64,000 nucleotides of DNA from Gammaproteobacteria bacterium (lineage in GTDB: Bacteria > Pseudomonadota > Gammaproteobacteria > Eutrophobiales > Eutrophobiaceae), in assembly GCA_965116495.1 (NCBI GenBank), contig OZ220696.1, forward strand, positions 4,256,001-4,320,000, written 5' to 3'. Made by a program: the position numbers and the translations under genes. This document shows positions 17,975-27,796 of this stretch, in pieces. Positions within the stretch are counted from its first letter, which is position 1. The number at the start of each line of letters is the position of its first letter. The notes beneath the pieces were generated by a model. That model was not told where the DNA came from, ran no database searches, and was given only the letters and a program-made list of their open reading frames with translations.

Positions 17975-18049
17975 ACATGGATGCACAGGATATACAGGAT
18001 ATTCATGAGTAAATTATTCAGGAATCCTGTGTATCGTGTGCATCCATGT
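17975..18049. repeat. 26-bp inverted repeat (MITE-like)
   Basis: ACATGGATGCACAGGATATACAGGAT (17975-18000) versus 18024-18049; 2 mismatches. Confidence 0.75.
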
Positions 18050-18081
18050 GAAAATTTCAATCAAGAAAGTAATGAGTGATT

Positions 18082-19281
18082 ATGAGTACAAATATTTCAT
18101 CAGATAAGATATGGACGAGCGATCTGAACAGGACGGATGATATTCTGTCCCGGTTCGACCGCAGCAAATCCGTACATTTTTACGACACGACGTTGCGCGA
18201 CGGCGAACAGTCCGTCGGTGTATGTTTCACCCCGGAGGAAAAGTTCGATATCGCCTGCAGGCTGAGCGACCTGGGCGTATCCAGGATCGAATCGGGCTTC
18301 CCGCGGGTCTCTGCCGACGATACGGCGGCGGTGAAACGCATCCTGGGCGCCGGGCTGCAATCAGAGATCTGGGGCTTTTCCCGGGCCGTCAAGGCGGATG
18401 TCGATGCGCATATCGAACTGGGTACCGAGCATGTGCTGATCGAGATTTCTACCAGCGATATGAAGATCAAGGCCTACGGCTTTACCCGGGACAGCGTCTT
18501 GCAGCGCGTGACGGACGCCATCAGGCATGCCAAGGATAACGGCATCAAGACCGTGAATTTCTTTGCCGTGGACTCGACCCGCAGCGACCTGGGATTTTTG
18601 CAGGATGTTTATTCGACGGCCATCGAGCAGGGCGCCGACGAGGTGTCCGTGGTGGATACCATCGGTGTCTGTTCCCCGGAAGCGGTGGAACGGCTGATCG
18701 GCGAGGTGAGCGGCTGGGTGGGCCCCGATATCCCTATCCACTGGCACGGCCACAACGATTTCGGCATGGCGACCGCGTCCGCGGTGGCGGCCGTGCGCGG
18801 CGGCGCCCGCTGGATCCAGGGCACCATCAACGGCATGGGCGAGCGCGCCGGCAATGCTGATATCTGTGAAGTGGCCCTGGCGCTGCAATGCCTGTATGAC
18901 ATGCCGGTTGAACTGGACCTGACCCGGGCCAGGGACACGTCAAAAGTCGTACAGAAAGCCGGTGGCTACAACGTGGACGGCTGGAAACCCGTGGTCGGGG
19001 AATTCCTCTACACCCGCGAGAGCGGCGCGGTGGCGAACCAGTTCCATATCCCCCAGGCTATCGAACCGTACTCATCCGAGATCGTGGACGCCGAGCGCCG
19101 CATCGTGTTGGGCAAGAAGAGCGGTCTGTCCAACATCAAGCTCAAGGGGGAGGAACTGGGACTGGACATACCGGAGGATAAACGCGCCGGCGTGCTGGCC
19201 GAGGTCAAGGATCTCGGTACCAGGAACGCCCGCCTGGTGACTGACGAGGAATTCAAGGACATCGTTGCACGGATTGTATAA
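18082..19281 (+). CDS. Homocitrate/isopropylmalate synthase-family enzyme (DRE-TIM; no LeuA regulatory domain)
   Basis: DTTLRDGEQ, HGHNDFGMA, GERAGNA and LGKKSG; about 400 aa. Confidence 0.85.
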   Translation: MSTNISSDKIWTSDLNRTDDILSRFDRSKSVHFYDTTLRDGEQSVGVCFTPEEKFDIACRLSDLGVSRIESGFPRVSADDTAAVKRILGAGLQSEIWGFSRAVKADVDAHIELGTEHVLIEISTSDMKIKAYGFTRDSVLQRVTDAIRHAKDNGIKTVNFFAVDSTRSDLGFLQDVYSTAIEQGADEVSVVDTIGVCSPEAVERLIGEVSGWVGPDIPIHWHGHNDFGMATASAVAAVRGGARWIQGTINGMGERAGNADICEVALALQCLYDMPVELDLTRARDTSKVVQKAGGYNVDGWKPVVGEFLYTRESGAVANQFHIPQAIEPYSSEIVDAERRIVLGKKSGLSNIKLKGEELGLDIPEDKRAGVLAEVKDLGTRNARLVTDEEFKDIVARIV

Positions 19282-19304
19282 GGCCCGTAGATGCCCCAGG
19301 GATC

Positions 19305-19459
19305 TATCCGCAGATGACGCAGATTAACGCAGATAAAATATGAAGAACCAGAAAACATACAAGATTATCGACCCGCTATTGTCTGCACACTCAGTACCAA
19401 ACAAGTTCAACTAAAAAGACTTGGTTTTAATCTGCGTTAATCTGCGTCATCTGCGGATA
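19305..19459. mobile_element. MITE-like element with perfect 30-bp inverted repeats
   Basis: TATCCGCAGATGACGCAGATTAACGCAGAT (19305-19334) and its exact reverse complement (19430-19459). Confidence 0.75.
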
Positions 19460-19470
19460 AAATAATCTAA

Positions 19471-20427
19471 ATGAAAGAAATAGAAAAAGTATGCGTCGTC
19501 GCTGCGGGCGCCATCGGCAGCCTGTTGGTGGGACACCTGGGCACGATCGTGGACATGACGGTGCTCACCCGCCGCAAGGAGCATGCCAAAGCCTTGAACG
19601 ACGAGGGACTGCGGGTCAGCGGTAAATCTGAACTGCACGCCAGTGTGCGCGCATCGACGGACGCGGCGGACCTGGGCGAGGTTGACCTGGTCATCATCGC
19701 TTCCAAGGCGCTTGCCGTTGAAGCCTGCGCCGGGATGATCGAGGGTCATTTTCCCGGTGCTCACGTGCTCATGATCCAGAACGGTCTTGGCTGTGAGGAA
19801 ATGGTCAGCCGGTTTGGCGACTGGCCCATCATATCCGGGGTCACGTTCATGAGCGGCACCCGCCATTCCGATACGCACGTGGAATACGAACTGGACACGG
19901 CCACCTGGATGGGACCCTGGGCGGAAGGCAGCGCGACTTATGAATACGTTTGTCAGGTTGCAGAGCTTGTCAACCGGTCCGGCCTGAAAGCAGAGGCCTA
20001 CGAGGACCTGTTGCCGCACCAGTGGTCCAAGCTGATTTTCAACTCGGCGGTGAACAGTATCTCGGCGCTGACGGACCTGCCCCACGTCAAGGACTTCGCG
20101 TTCCAGGACAACCTGGAGGACCTGGGCCACCTGGTCTACGCCATGATGGACGAGGCCAAGCGGATTGCGGAAGCCCGCGGCGTAACCCTGGCGGACGACC
20201 CCTGGATGATGAACGTCAACGCAGTGCGCCAGGGCACTACCAGCGGCGAGGAGTACGCCCACGTCCCCTCCATGCTGGATGACGTGCGCAACAAGCGCCT
20301 GACGGAGATAGACTGGATCACCGGTTCCATCGTGCGCGAGGCGATGAAAGCAGGCGTCCCGGCGCCGTACCATGAGACCCTGTACCGGCTGGTGAAGGCC
20401 CATGAAACGAGCTATGTCGGAAGATGA
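19471..20427 (+). CDS. Ketopantoate reductase (PanE/ApbA) family oxidoreductase
   Basis: AAGAIG, IQNGLG, WSKLIFNSAVN, PSMLDD, TEIDWITG. Confidence 0.88.
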   Translation: MKEIEKVCVVAAGAIGSLLVGHLGTIVDMTVLTRRKEHAKALNDEGLRVSGKSELHASVRASTDAADLGEVDLVIIASKALAVEACAGMIEGHFPGAHVLMIQNGLGCEEMVSRFGDWPIISGVTFMSGTRHSDTHVEYELDTATWMGPWAEGSATYEYVCQVAELVNRSGLKAEAYEDLLPHQWSKLIFNSAVNSISALTDLPHVKDFAFQDNLEDLGHLVYAMMDEAKRIAEARGVTLADDPWMMNVNAVRQGTTSGEEYAHVPSMLDDVRNKRLTEIDWITGSIVREAMKAGVPAPYHETLYRLVKAHETSYVGR

Positions 20428-20430
20428 TTC

Positions 20431-20717
20431 ATCCGCAGATTACGCGCCCCTGCTTCTGACATGCAGAGCCCGCCCCTGCAGTCGTAAGCAGGGGGGCATG
20501 GATATACGCAGATGAAATATCGGTTCGTCATTCCGGCGAATGCCGGAATCCAGTCTAATAACGTACCGCCTGAGGCGGTGTTTTATTTCACTGGATTCCG
20601 GCTTGCGCCGGAATGACGGATGGAAATGCGCTGGAATGACAGTAGTCAAACTCTATACCCTGTGTGTCTGCACAGGGTATAAAAAAACCTGTGCTAATCT
20701 GCGTAATCTGTGGATAA
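20431..20717. repeat. Nested palindromic elements: ATCCGCAGATTACGC-type ends enclosing a CGTCATTCCGGC REP doublet (20526-20618) and other hairpins
   Basis: Left end ATCCGCAGATTACGC; right end GCGTAATCTGTGGAT; internal CGTCATTCCGGCGAATGCCGGAATCCAG ... CTGGATTCCGGCTTGCGCCGGAATGACG. Confidence 0.7.
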
Positions 20718-20764
20718 ACATAATATAATCCTGCATTTGCAGCAGGAACAGTGGGGAGGTATTA

Positions 20765-21694
20765 ATGAAGATATGCATCATTGGTTGCGGCGCCATCGGC
20801 GGGCTGTACGGCGCCCATCTGGCCAGGCTGGACGATGTCGAGGTCTGGGGGTTTGACCTGGACCGCAAGCACGTGGACGCCATTAACCGGAACGGTCTGC
20901 GCGTGACCGGGCTGAGTGATTTCACCGCCACCGTGCATGCCCGCATGGAGGTGAGCGAAATCCCCGAATGCGACTTGGGCATTATCGCGACCAAGACCAT
21001 GTTCACCCGGTCGGCGATGGAAACGGCTGCGCCAATATTCCGCGACGGCGCGGTCTGCTCGGTACAGAACGGTATCGGTAACGAGGAGATCGTGGCTGAA
21101 TACGTGCCGCGGGTGATACAGGGCACCATCTTTCCGGCTGGGCATATCACCGCGCCGGGAGTGATCAACCAGGACGCCGGCGGCAAGACCTGGATAGGGC
21201 CTTTTGCCGTCAACCCTGCCACGATGGCAGAGGTCGAACAACTGGCGGACGCCCTCACGCGCAGCGGGCTGGAATGTCTGGCTATGGAGGACGCCCGCGG
21301 GGCGCAATGGACCAAACTGATATTCAACTCCGCCTCCAATGCCATGGCCGCCCTGACGCGCCTGCCCCACGGGGTGGCCTGCGACCAGGAAGGGGTACGC
21401 AGGATCATGTCGGTCCTGGTGAAGGAGGGCATGGCCGTGGCGGACGCCCTGGGGATTACCCTGGACAGCGACCCGGAGGCGCTGATCGATTACGGCAGGG
21501 AAAAGGCCTATTACCACCCTCCCAGCATGTTGCAGGACGTGATGGCGGAAAGGCTGACCGAGGTGGACGCCCTGAACGGCGGGATCGCAAGGCTGGGCAG
21601 GGAACTGGGTATCCCATGCCCCATGAACGAGGCGTGTGCTGCCTTGATCAAGGGCCTGGAGGCATCCTGGACGCTCAAATATCCTGAACATTAA
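20765..21694 (+). CDS. Second ketopantoate reductase family oxidoreductase
   Basis: GCGAIG, VQNGIG, WTKLIFN, PSMLQD, TEVDALNG. Confidence 0.9.
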   Translation: MKICIIGCGAIGGLYGAHLARLDDVEVWGFDLDRKHVDAINRNGLRVTGLSDFTATVHARMEVSEIPECDLGIIATKTMFTRSAMETAAPIFRDGAVCSVQNGIGNEEIVAEYVPRVIQGTIFPAGHITAPGVINQDAGGKTWIGPFAVNPATMAEVEQLADALTRSGLECLAMEDARGAQWTKLIFNSASNAMAALTRLPHGVACDQEGVRRIMSVLVKEGMAVADALGITLDSDPEALIDYGREKAYYHPPSMLQDVMAERLTEVDALNGGIARLGRELGIPCPMNEACAALIKGLEASWTLKYPEH

Positions 21695-21788
21695 GATGTA
21701 CATCTAGATTCAGGGTAAATATCCGTGAATTTTACTTTTACTCCAAAAATACAGCAAAAATAAATACTTATTGATGAGGAAATGATAA

Positions 21789-22943
21789 ATGACTGATTAT
21801 ATAAACCGTTTTCGACCCAGCCAGGCAGAGATTGAGCGGCGTTACGCCAACGTGCGTGCGGCTATGGCGAAGGAAGGACTGGATGCGCTGGTGGTCAGCG
21901 GTAGCGAATACACGGGATTCGAGGGCGCCGTGCGCTACATGTGCGGGTTCGTGATCCTGCACCGCTATGCCTACGTGGTCATCCCCGCCGATGGCGACCC
22001 TGTCTGCGTATTCCCGCGGGAAGCGACCTGGGTGGGGGACCATTCGGCCACCTTTATCGAGAAACGCGAGTTTCCCGCCCATTGCGGTGAGTGGATGGCG
22101 GACTTCCTGCAGGGCAGGGGCGTCAAGAAGCTGGGCATCTACGGTCTGCAGTACATCATCAACGTGCGTGATTATTCCGCCCTGGCGGCGCAGGACTTTG
22201 AGATTGTCGACTTTGAGATCCAGTTCGACTATGCCCGGGCGCAGAAGAGCGAGGAAGAGATTGCCTCGGTGCGCCATTCCATGGAGATCAACAAGCAGGG
22301 AGTACTGGACGTGATCCAGGGCTACGAGCCGGGCAAGACGGAGGCAGAACTGATGGGTATCGCCGAGAATACCTTTGCCGCAGCCGGCTGCGCCAGGAAC
22401 ACCATGGACATGATCCAGATGGGGCCGAACGGCTCCCTGGAACCGCAGATGGTGTTCCCCTCAAACCGCCCCGTACAGGACAGCGACGGTATGATGTACG
22501 GCCTTGAGATCTCCGGTGAGGGCGGCCACTGGGTCGAGTTTTCCCGTCCCATGTTCCCACAGGGCATGGACGATATCACCAGGGAGATGATGACGGCCTA
22601 CCAGGAATTCCATGAACTGGCCAAGGAACACATGAAGGCCGGCAACACGGCCGAGGCGGCCAGCAACGCCTGCATGAAGCCGATATTCGACCGCGGCTAC
22701 CGCTCCGGCCACGTCTGCGGCCACTCCATCGGCATGACCATGATCGAAATGCCGAGGATAGGCGAAGGCTTCGACTTCGTCCTGCCGGAAGACATGGTCT
22801 GCTCCATGCACCCGCACTTCATGAACCAGGAACGCACCCACTCACTGTACTTCCAGGAAACCTACCGCGTCGGCCGTGACGGCGGCGAACCCCTGTCGGG
22901 GGTGCCGATCAAGGCGTACCAGGGAGGCGAAGAGTCTTTTTAG
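21789..22943 (+). CDS. M24 family (creatinase/Xaa-Pro peptidase-like) hydrolase
   Basis: Creatinase_N-like N-terminus, RAQKSEEEI, GHSIG..EMP. The usual Asp metal ligands appear to be replaced (LEISG, VEFSR, SMHP). Confidence 0.8.
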   Translation: MTDYINRFRPSQAEIERRYANVRAAMAKEGLDALVVSGSEYTGFEGAVRYMCGFVILHRYAYVVIPADGDPVCVFPREATWVGDHSATFIEKREFPAHCGEWMADFLQGRGVKKLGIYGLQYIINVRDYSALAAQDFEIVDFEIQFDYARAQKSEEEIASVRHSMEINKQGVLDVIQGYEPGKTEAELMGIAENTFAAAGCARNTMDMIQMGPNGSLEPQMVFPSNRPVQDSDGMMYGLEISGEGGHWVEFSRPMFPQGMDDITREMMTAYQEFHELAKEHMKAGNTAEAASNACMKPIFDRGYRSGHVCGHSIGMTMIEMPRIGEGFDFVLPEDMVCSMHPHFMNQERTHSLYFQETYRVGRDGGEPLSGVPIKAYQGGEESF

Positions 22944-22950
22944 TCTGGCG

Positions 22951-23002
22951 GTAATTTGGGACACCCATAAATTGACGCTAATTTATGGGTGTCCTGAATT
23001 AC
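22951..23002. repeat. REP-like palindrome GGACACCCATAAATT/AATTTATGGGTGTCC, copy 1
   Basis: Arms at 22959-22973 and 22980-22994; the family recurs at about 23630, 28652 and 36074. Confidence 0.85.
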
Positions 23003-23079
23003 TTCTCGAATCCCACGATCTTAAAATTACCGGATGACAAAGTACTTGTTGATAATTACAATATAATTATAATATCATT

Positions 23080-23373
23080 ATGGAAAATTGGGTCTTCGAA
23101 TGGGACCCTGACAAGGATGTTTCTAATCAAGGGAAACACGGTATTTCATTTGGAGAGGCAAAGACAGTATTCACGGATCAGTTCGCTCGTTTGATAGCTG
23201 ATCCCGACCACTCGCAAGAGGAAGACAGATTTATTCTTCTGGGTATGAGTATCTATTCAAAGTTATTAGTCGTCTGTCACTGTATCAGAACCGGTGAGGT
23301 TATCCGCATCATTTCAGTACGTAAAGCAGACAAACTGGAGCGACGTATCTACGAGGACTTCCGCCATGCGTAA
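23080..23373 (+). CDS. brnT: BrnT family toxin
   Basis: FEWD..K...N..KHGISF.EA..VF, EEDRFILLG, IRIISVRKA. Confidence 0.92.
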   Translation: MENWVFEWDPDKDVSNQGKHGISFGEAKTVFTDQFARLIADPDHSQEEDRFILLGMSIYSKLLVVCHCIRTGEVIRIISVRKADKLERRIYEDFRHA

Positions 23374-23575
23374 ACACTATGATTTCTCAAATTCCAAGCC
23401 TAACCCGTACGCGCAAAGACTTAAAAAACAAATAACAATTCGCATAGACGAAGACACCATTGCCTATTTCAAAAATATGGCTGAGGAAAAAGGGATTCCT
23501 TACCAGGGCCTTATTAATTTGTATTTACGGGATTGTGCCCAATCTCATCGCGACCTGAAGATACAGTGGCAGTAA
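23366..23575 (+). CDS. brnA: BrnA family antitoxin
   Basis: MRKHYDFS...NPY...ITIRID...YFK...IPYQGLINLYL; overlaps the toxin stop. Confidence 0.88.
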   Translation: MRKHYDFSNSKPNPYAQRLKKQITIRIDEDTIAYFKNMAEEKGIPYQGLINLYLRDCAQSHRDLKIQWQ

Positions 23576-23626
23576 TCCGAGCAGGTGAACAGCCCAGGAT
23601 TTGCCGGAAACTTCACCGAGAGGGAA

Positions 23627-23705
23627 AATTCAGGATACTCATAAATTGACGGGAATCCAGGACACCCATAAATTGTGACTAATCTATGGGTGTCCTGAAT
23701 TACTT
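23627..23705. repeat. REP-like palindrome, copy 2 (with extra half copy)
   Basis: CAGGATACTCATAAATT...CAGGACACCCATAAATT...AATCTATGGGTGTCCTGAATTACTT. Confidence 0.8.
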
Positions 23706-23795
23706 ATCCGTATCACCGACATCACCTCCGTCCTTTGCCGCGTTTTTTGTTGCTTATAGCCTTGAGCAGCCACGCAACGGCTCCCGGCGTTGATG

Positions 23796-23918
23796 GAAGC
23801 CAACAACAAAGAAAATGATGCTCTAAATCTCCAGGTATTAAAAACCTATCTCAGATGCCTGAACGAGACAGATAAGGAAGTTTACTCCCGTACTTCATCT
23901 TGTCCTGATACTAACTGA
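23796..23918 (+). pseudogene. Diverged copy of the last 40 codons of the 27209-27796 gene
   Basis: EANNKENDALNLQVLKTYLRCLNETDKEVYSRTSSCPDTN* aligns without gaps to EANNIELDVNNLRILKNFLRCPNETYKEVYSRTSSCLDAH* (27674-27796). Confidence 0.85.
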
Positions 23919-25165
23919 GACGATTCCAGAAGCCAGCGTCGGAGTGGCAACAATCGCACCTTTCGTCTTGTCGCGTACCACTCTACTTCTTCCTCCCCAT
24001 CTGTATCTGCCGTAAGAACGAGAAGTTGGTCGCAGGAAAGAGCCTCAGCGGCCTTGAGCAGTGCGCGTATTTCCCGTCGCCGGGTTTCCGGGCGGGACAT
24101 GTCCTGGCATACCTGGATGAGTTGTGTGACTTGACGGTCTTTCTTGACGACGAAGTCGACCTCCCGCTGTTGCGGGTCCTTCCAGAAAAAGATCTCGCAG
24201 TCGCCATCTAAAGCACGCTTACGAAGCGCAATCGCAACCATGTTCTCAGCGAGCCTGCCTGTATCAGGAGTAAATTGACCGACCCGGGATGTTACGAAGC
24301 CGTTGTCTATGCAATAGATCTTGCGGTTGGCCGTTGCCTGTTCTCTCACTTTGAAGGAGAAACGGGAGAGTGAAAAGAACAGGAAGGACTCCTCCAGATA
24401 CCCGATGTACCTTGCTACCGTGTGAACGCTTTTGCACTGAGTCACGGTAGTCAGCCGGTTCAGTGAGTACTCCCGGGCGATGTTGGCAAGCAGGTAAGCG
24501 GCGAGATCCTCAATGCCGGCGACGGAGCGGATTCGGCGGCGGCGTATGATGTCCTTATACAGGATGGAATCCCACAATGTGGTCAGGTAGAAACCACGAT
24601 CCATATCCCGCAGCAGGGGCTCCGGATATCCGCCGTCCCTGGTGTAACGATGCAACGCCTCGGCCCTTTCATGTTCGGTGAGGTCTGCATCTCGAGAACG
24701 AAGGAATTCACCATACGAAAAAGGAAAAAGCACGATGGGAAGATGGCGTCCGGTCAGGTGGGTCGCCAGTTCGCTGCTCAGCAGATGCGCGTTACTGCCG
24801 GTAAGAATCAGTCGGAAGCCCTGACGCTGGAGGCGATTCACAAACAGCTCCCATCTATCCAGGTTTTGAATTTCATCCAGCAGCAAGTAACGTGGATTAT
24901 CGTATACCTCGTTGACGGCGGCGATAAGCCGGTCGTAATCCGTTACATCGGTCAGACGTTCGTCATCGAAATTGAGATAGCCACGCGCAGAAAAGCGGGC
25001 CAACAGACGCATGGCCAGAAAGGATTTTCCACAACGACGAGGGCCTGTGATAACCCTGATAAGACCATCGTCGCGCAGGGGGCCGGCGAGTTGCCGTTCA
25101 ACGTAACGCTCCTGTAAGCGCCCGTCTAATTCCCGTTTCTGCATTTCCACCACATCTTGGAGCAT
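23882..25165 (-). CDS. AAA_14 ATPase with DUF4143 C-terminal domain
   Basis: GPRRCGKS Walker A, LLDEIQ Walker B, TGSN, GGYPE, KIYCIDNG, EVDFV, IQVC. Confidence 0.88.
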   Translation of the reverse strand: MLQDVVEMQKRELDGRLQERYVERQLAGPLRDDGLIRVITGPRRCGKSFLAMRLLARFSARGYLNFDDERLTDVTDYDRLIAAVNEVYDNPRYLLLDEIQNLDRWELFVNRLQRQGFRLILTGSNAHLLSSELATHLTGRHLPIVLFPFSYGEFLRSRDADLTEHERAEALHRYTRDGGYPEPLLRDMDRGFYLTTLWDSILYKDIIRRRRIRSVAGIEDLAAYLLANIAREYSLNRLTTVTQCKSVHTVARYIGYLEESFLFFSLSRFSFKVREQATANRKIYCIDNGFVTSRVGQFTPDTGRLAENMVAIALRKRALDGDCEIFFWKDPQQREVDFVVKKDRQVTQLIQVCQDMSRPETRRREIRALLKAAEALSCDQLLVLTADTDGEEEVEWYATRRKVRLLPLRRWLLESSQLVSGQDEVRE

Positions 25166-25303
25166 TGTTTCACCCACCACTCTGTTTTGTGTATAAAGCA
25201 TATCATAATACACAAAACTTGTAAGATTTATGTGTTATAAATATATGAATACACAAAAATTACAGAAAAGTTGAGTTTTGAGTCATTTCCTGTCTGAATC
25301 CTT

Positions 25304-27175
25304 TTATCCTGAAAACTCAAACAACCCCGAACTGGATGCAGGCGCCCGGAACCTGTCGGCATACCCTGCTACATCCTCGGGACCCGTGATAGGAATGGAA
25401 CACCTGTCGGGATTGCATATATACAACCTTGCTTCCTTGCCGGACGGGTAGCGGCCGGATTTCTCAAAATGCAGCAATTTGCGCGGGTGGTATACGCCTC
25501 TCGCAGCGTTGAATAATGCCTGTGCATCTTCATGATCAGGATCACCAACCACTGAGAATTCCACGTAGGCGGCGGTGATTTTCTCCAGTAACAGCGCAGT
25601 CTGGCCCGTAATCCGGCCTTCCCGGCGCAGGATTTCAGGTGTGGCAACGGCCCTTATGGTGGCCTCGGGGATCTCCGCATAGTCGCCGTTTTTTGTATAT
25701 ACCCATAAGTCGTAGATAAATTGGGCGGCAACGGCATTCAACTCCAGGGGTTTTCTCGGTGCGATTATGGTTGCCGTTTCGTCGGGTATGGCGGAGTAGA
25801 AGCCGCCGTTTTCCCGGTCATAGAGATTGATCAACAGGGCGTCGGCGATACTGACGGCGTGGTCCAGCCATTTCGGATCGCCGGTTGCGCGGGACAGGGC
25901 CAGTAACGCCGTGCCCATCCAGGCCTGTGCGCCCAGGTATGGCTTGTCATGGGTAACCAGGGGACGCATCCGCTTATCACCTGTTATGGAATCCGTGGCA
26001 TGAACCTGAAATACCCAGCCTGTTTCCGTTGTTCTGTTCTGCAATAACGCATCAACGGCATTGATTGCGGTTTTAAGATAACGGCCATCCCCGGTATTTT
26101 CGTAGGTGATGATATACGCGTTGATCAACTGTGCGTTCTTGTCGGTGTAGGCAGCGTGATCGATGGGAGGGATGCCGTACTTCTGCCGTCCCTGGTCATT
26201 GTCGATCAGCCAGTACTCCACGGTGCTCATGCCGTCCTGCAGGTGGGGCGGATCGTCCTCCTGGCTGGTATAGAAGGTGTTGTTGCTGTCTTTCATCCAG
26301 TCATGAAGGAATTTATCTACCGCGGCGATACCGGCAAGGTACTGGTCATCCCCGCTGTTGGCATAGGCGTGGGAAAATGCGATCAAGGCGCTGGCCTGGT
26401 TGGCAATGCGTTTCTCCGGCACGGCGTTCAGTCCTTTGAAGCGTGGCGGGGATTGATCGAAAGAGCGCACGTAGACCCCGCCCCAGACGGGGTCTACGGC
26501 ATCCAGGTAGGCAGAGCTGGTTTTCAGCGCCAGGCGTTTCAGTTCGTCGTTGCCGTACATGTGGGCGCGCAGGTACAGGTGTTGCAACGGGGCGCCCGTG
26601 GTGGTGGAGATGCCGTTCCTGGACCAGCCGCCGTGTTGTTCATTTAAGCGGTTGTCCAGTTGCACCCGCAGCCGGTTTCTCAATACGGTGATGTCGGTTT
26701 CAACCGGTTCCGGGGGCGCCGAGTAGGGCGCCAGCTCATCGGGAACAATGTTGCCTGCCTGTTTCTGGTCGATGATTTTCTCCAGGATGGGGATAAAATT
26801 GCCCGGTCTCCGGTTACCGGCAAGCGCCAGGACTTGCGTGCCGTCCGCAGTCATGAATATGGTTGCCGGCCATGACCAGTCGGAGTAACGCTCTCCTAAA
26901 TCAGGTTGTGCTTCGGCATCGGCGACAACCGCAACGAAATTCTCGTTGATCAATTTGATCACGTCACCGTGCGTGTAGGTGTCCTCGTCCATCCAGCGGC
27001 ATGCGGTGCAGCCCTCGATACCCACATCCAGGATAACCAGCTTGTCTGTCTGCTTTGCCTGCTCAAACGGCGCCTTGCCCCATTGTTGCCATTGGATTGC
27101 TGCGGGTTCGGCAATTACTGACGTAGTTAAACATATCAGTAATACATTGATTGAAATCTGATTTAATATTTTCAT
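25304..27175 (-). CDS. Exported DUF255 thioredoxin-domain / alpha-alpha toroid protein (YyaL/SPATA20-like)
   Basis: Signal peptide, W..W...FEQAK, CTACRWM..DTY, PEKRIANQA and C-terminal YICNPDRCS. Confidence 0.8.
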   Translation of the reverse strand: MKILNQISINVLLICLTTSVIAEPAAIQWQQWGKAPFEQAKQTDKLVILDVGIEGCTACRWMDEDTYTHGDVIKLINENFVAVVADAEAQPDLGERYSDWSWPATIFMTADGTQVLALAGNRRPGNFIPILEKIIDQKQAGNIVPDELAPYSAPPEPVETDITVLRNRLRVQLDNRLNEQHGGWSRNGISTTTGAPLQHLYLRAHMYGNDELKRLALKTSSAYLDAVDPVWGGVYVRSFDQSPPRFKGLNAVPEKRIANQASALIAFSHAYANSGDDQYLAGIAAVDKFLHDWMKDSNNTFYTSQEDDPPHLQDGMSTVEYWLIDNDQGRQKYGIPPIDHAAYTDKNAQLINAYIITYENTGDGRYLKTAINAVDALLQNRTTETGWVFQVHATDSITGDKRMRPLVTHDKPYLGAQAWMGTALLALSRATGDPKWLDHAVSIADALLINLYDRENGGFYSAIPDETATIIAPRKPLELNAVAAQFIYDLWVYTKNGDYAEIPEATIRAVATPEILRREGRITGQTALLLEKITAAYVEFSVVGDPDHEDAQALFNAARGVYHPRKLLHFEKSGRYPSGKEARLYICNPDRCSIPITGPEDVAGYADRFRAPASSSGLFEFSG

Positions 27176-27208
27176 AGAGGCACACCATATTAAACGGGTT
27201 ATAAGACT

Positions 27209-27796
27209 ATGAAGAGGTCCATTCGGGTAGCACTTGTGGGTTTGGCTACAAGTCTCATTCTATTGACCGTTAATGTCAAATCACAAGCTGAACAGGAACG
27301 TGAATGTACCGTTACCTCGGCTGATCTCAGCAAGCTGACTTCTGACGTATTTGATCAGGGTCTGGACTCTCTCTTGTCGTGGAGATGTCTTGCTGATAGA
27401 GAGGATTTCAGACAAGCACAAGAGTTAATCAAAAAATTCATAATGACCAACGCTGGAAAACTTGATCAGTATGATGTACGAAATTTATATTTTCATTCTA
27501 GTCAGTTAGCGGCTCTCGATGGAAGATATGAGAATGCAATTGAGAAATTTTCCAGGACAATTGATGATAACGACGGCACTTCTCATTTCTTGAGTTGGAA
27601 TGAATATGTGTCAGGCACTATCCATTTCCTGCAAGGAGACATTGAGAAACTGGGCCAGGAAATTAAAAAAATAGAAGCTAACAATATAGAACTGGATGTT
27701 AATAATCTCCGGATATTAAAGAATTTTCTCAGATGCCCGAATGAGACCTATAAGGAAGTTTACTCTCGCACTTCTTCTTGTCTGGATGCTCACTGA
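27209..27796 (+). CDS. Hypothetical exported helical protein
   Basis: Signal peptide; FDQ, YFHSSQLAA, WNEYVSGTIHFL; AT-rich. Confidence 0.65.
   Translation: MKRSIRVALVGLATSLILLTVNVKSQAEQERECTVTSADLSKLTSDVFDQGLDSLLSWRCLADREDFRQAQELIKKFIMTNAGKLDQYDVRNLYFHSSQLAALDGRYENAIEKFSRTIDDNDGTSHFLSWNEYVSGTIHFLQGDIEKLGQEIKKIEANNIELDVNNLRILKNFLRCPNETYKEVYSRTSSCLDAH

Noticed and set aside
18082-19281. nifV / nitrogen fixation
   Set aside because: No nif genes nearby; the family assignment does not fix the substrate.
19447-21703. Long antisense ORFs (e.g. 19447-20403, 20762-21703; also 29091-30143, 34008-35219, 43753-44973, 55352-56500)
   Set aside because: These are shadow frames of GC-rich genes with clear family motifs on the opposite strand and have no recognisable domains of their own.
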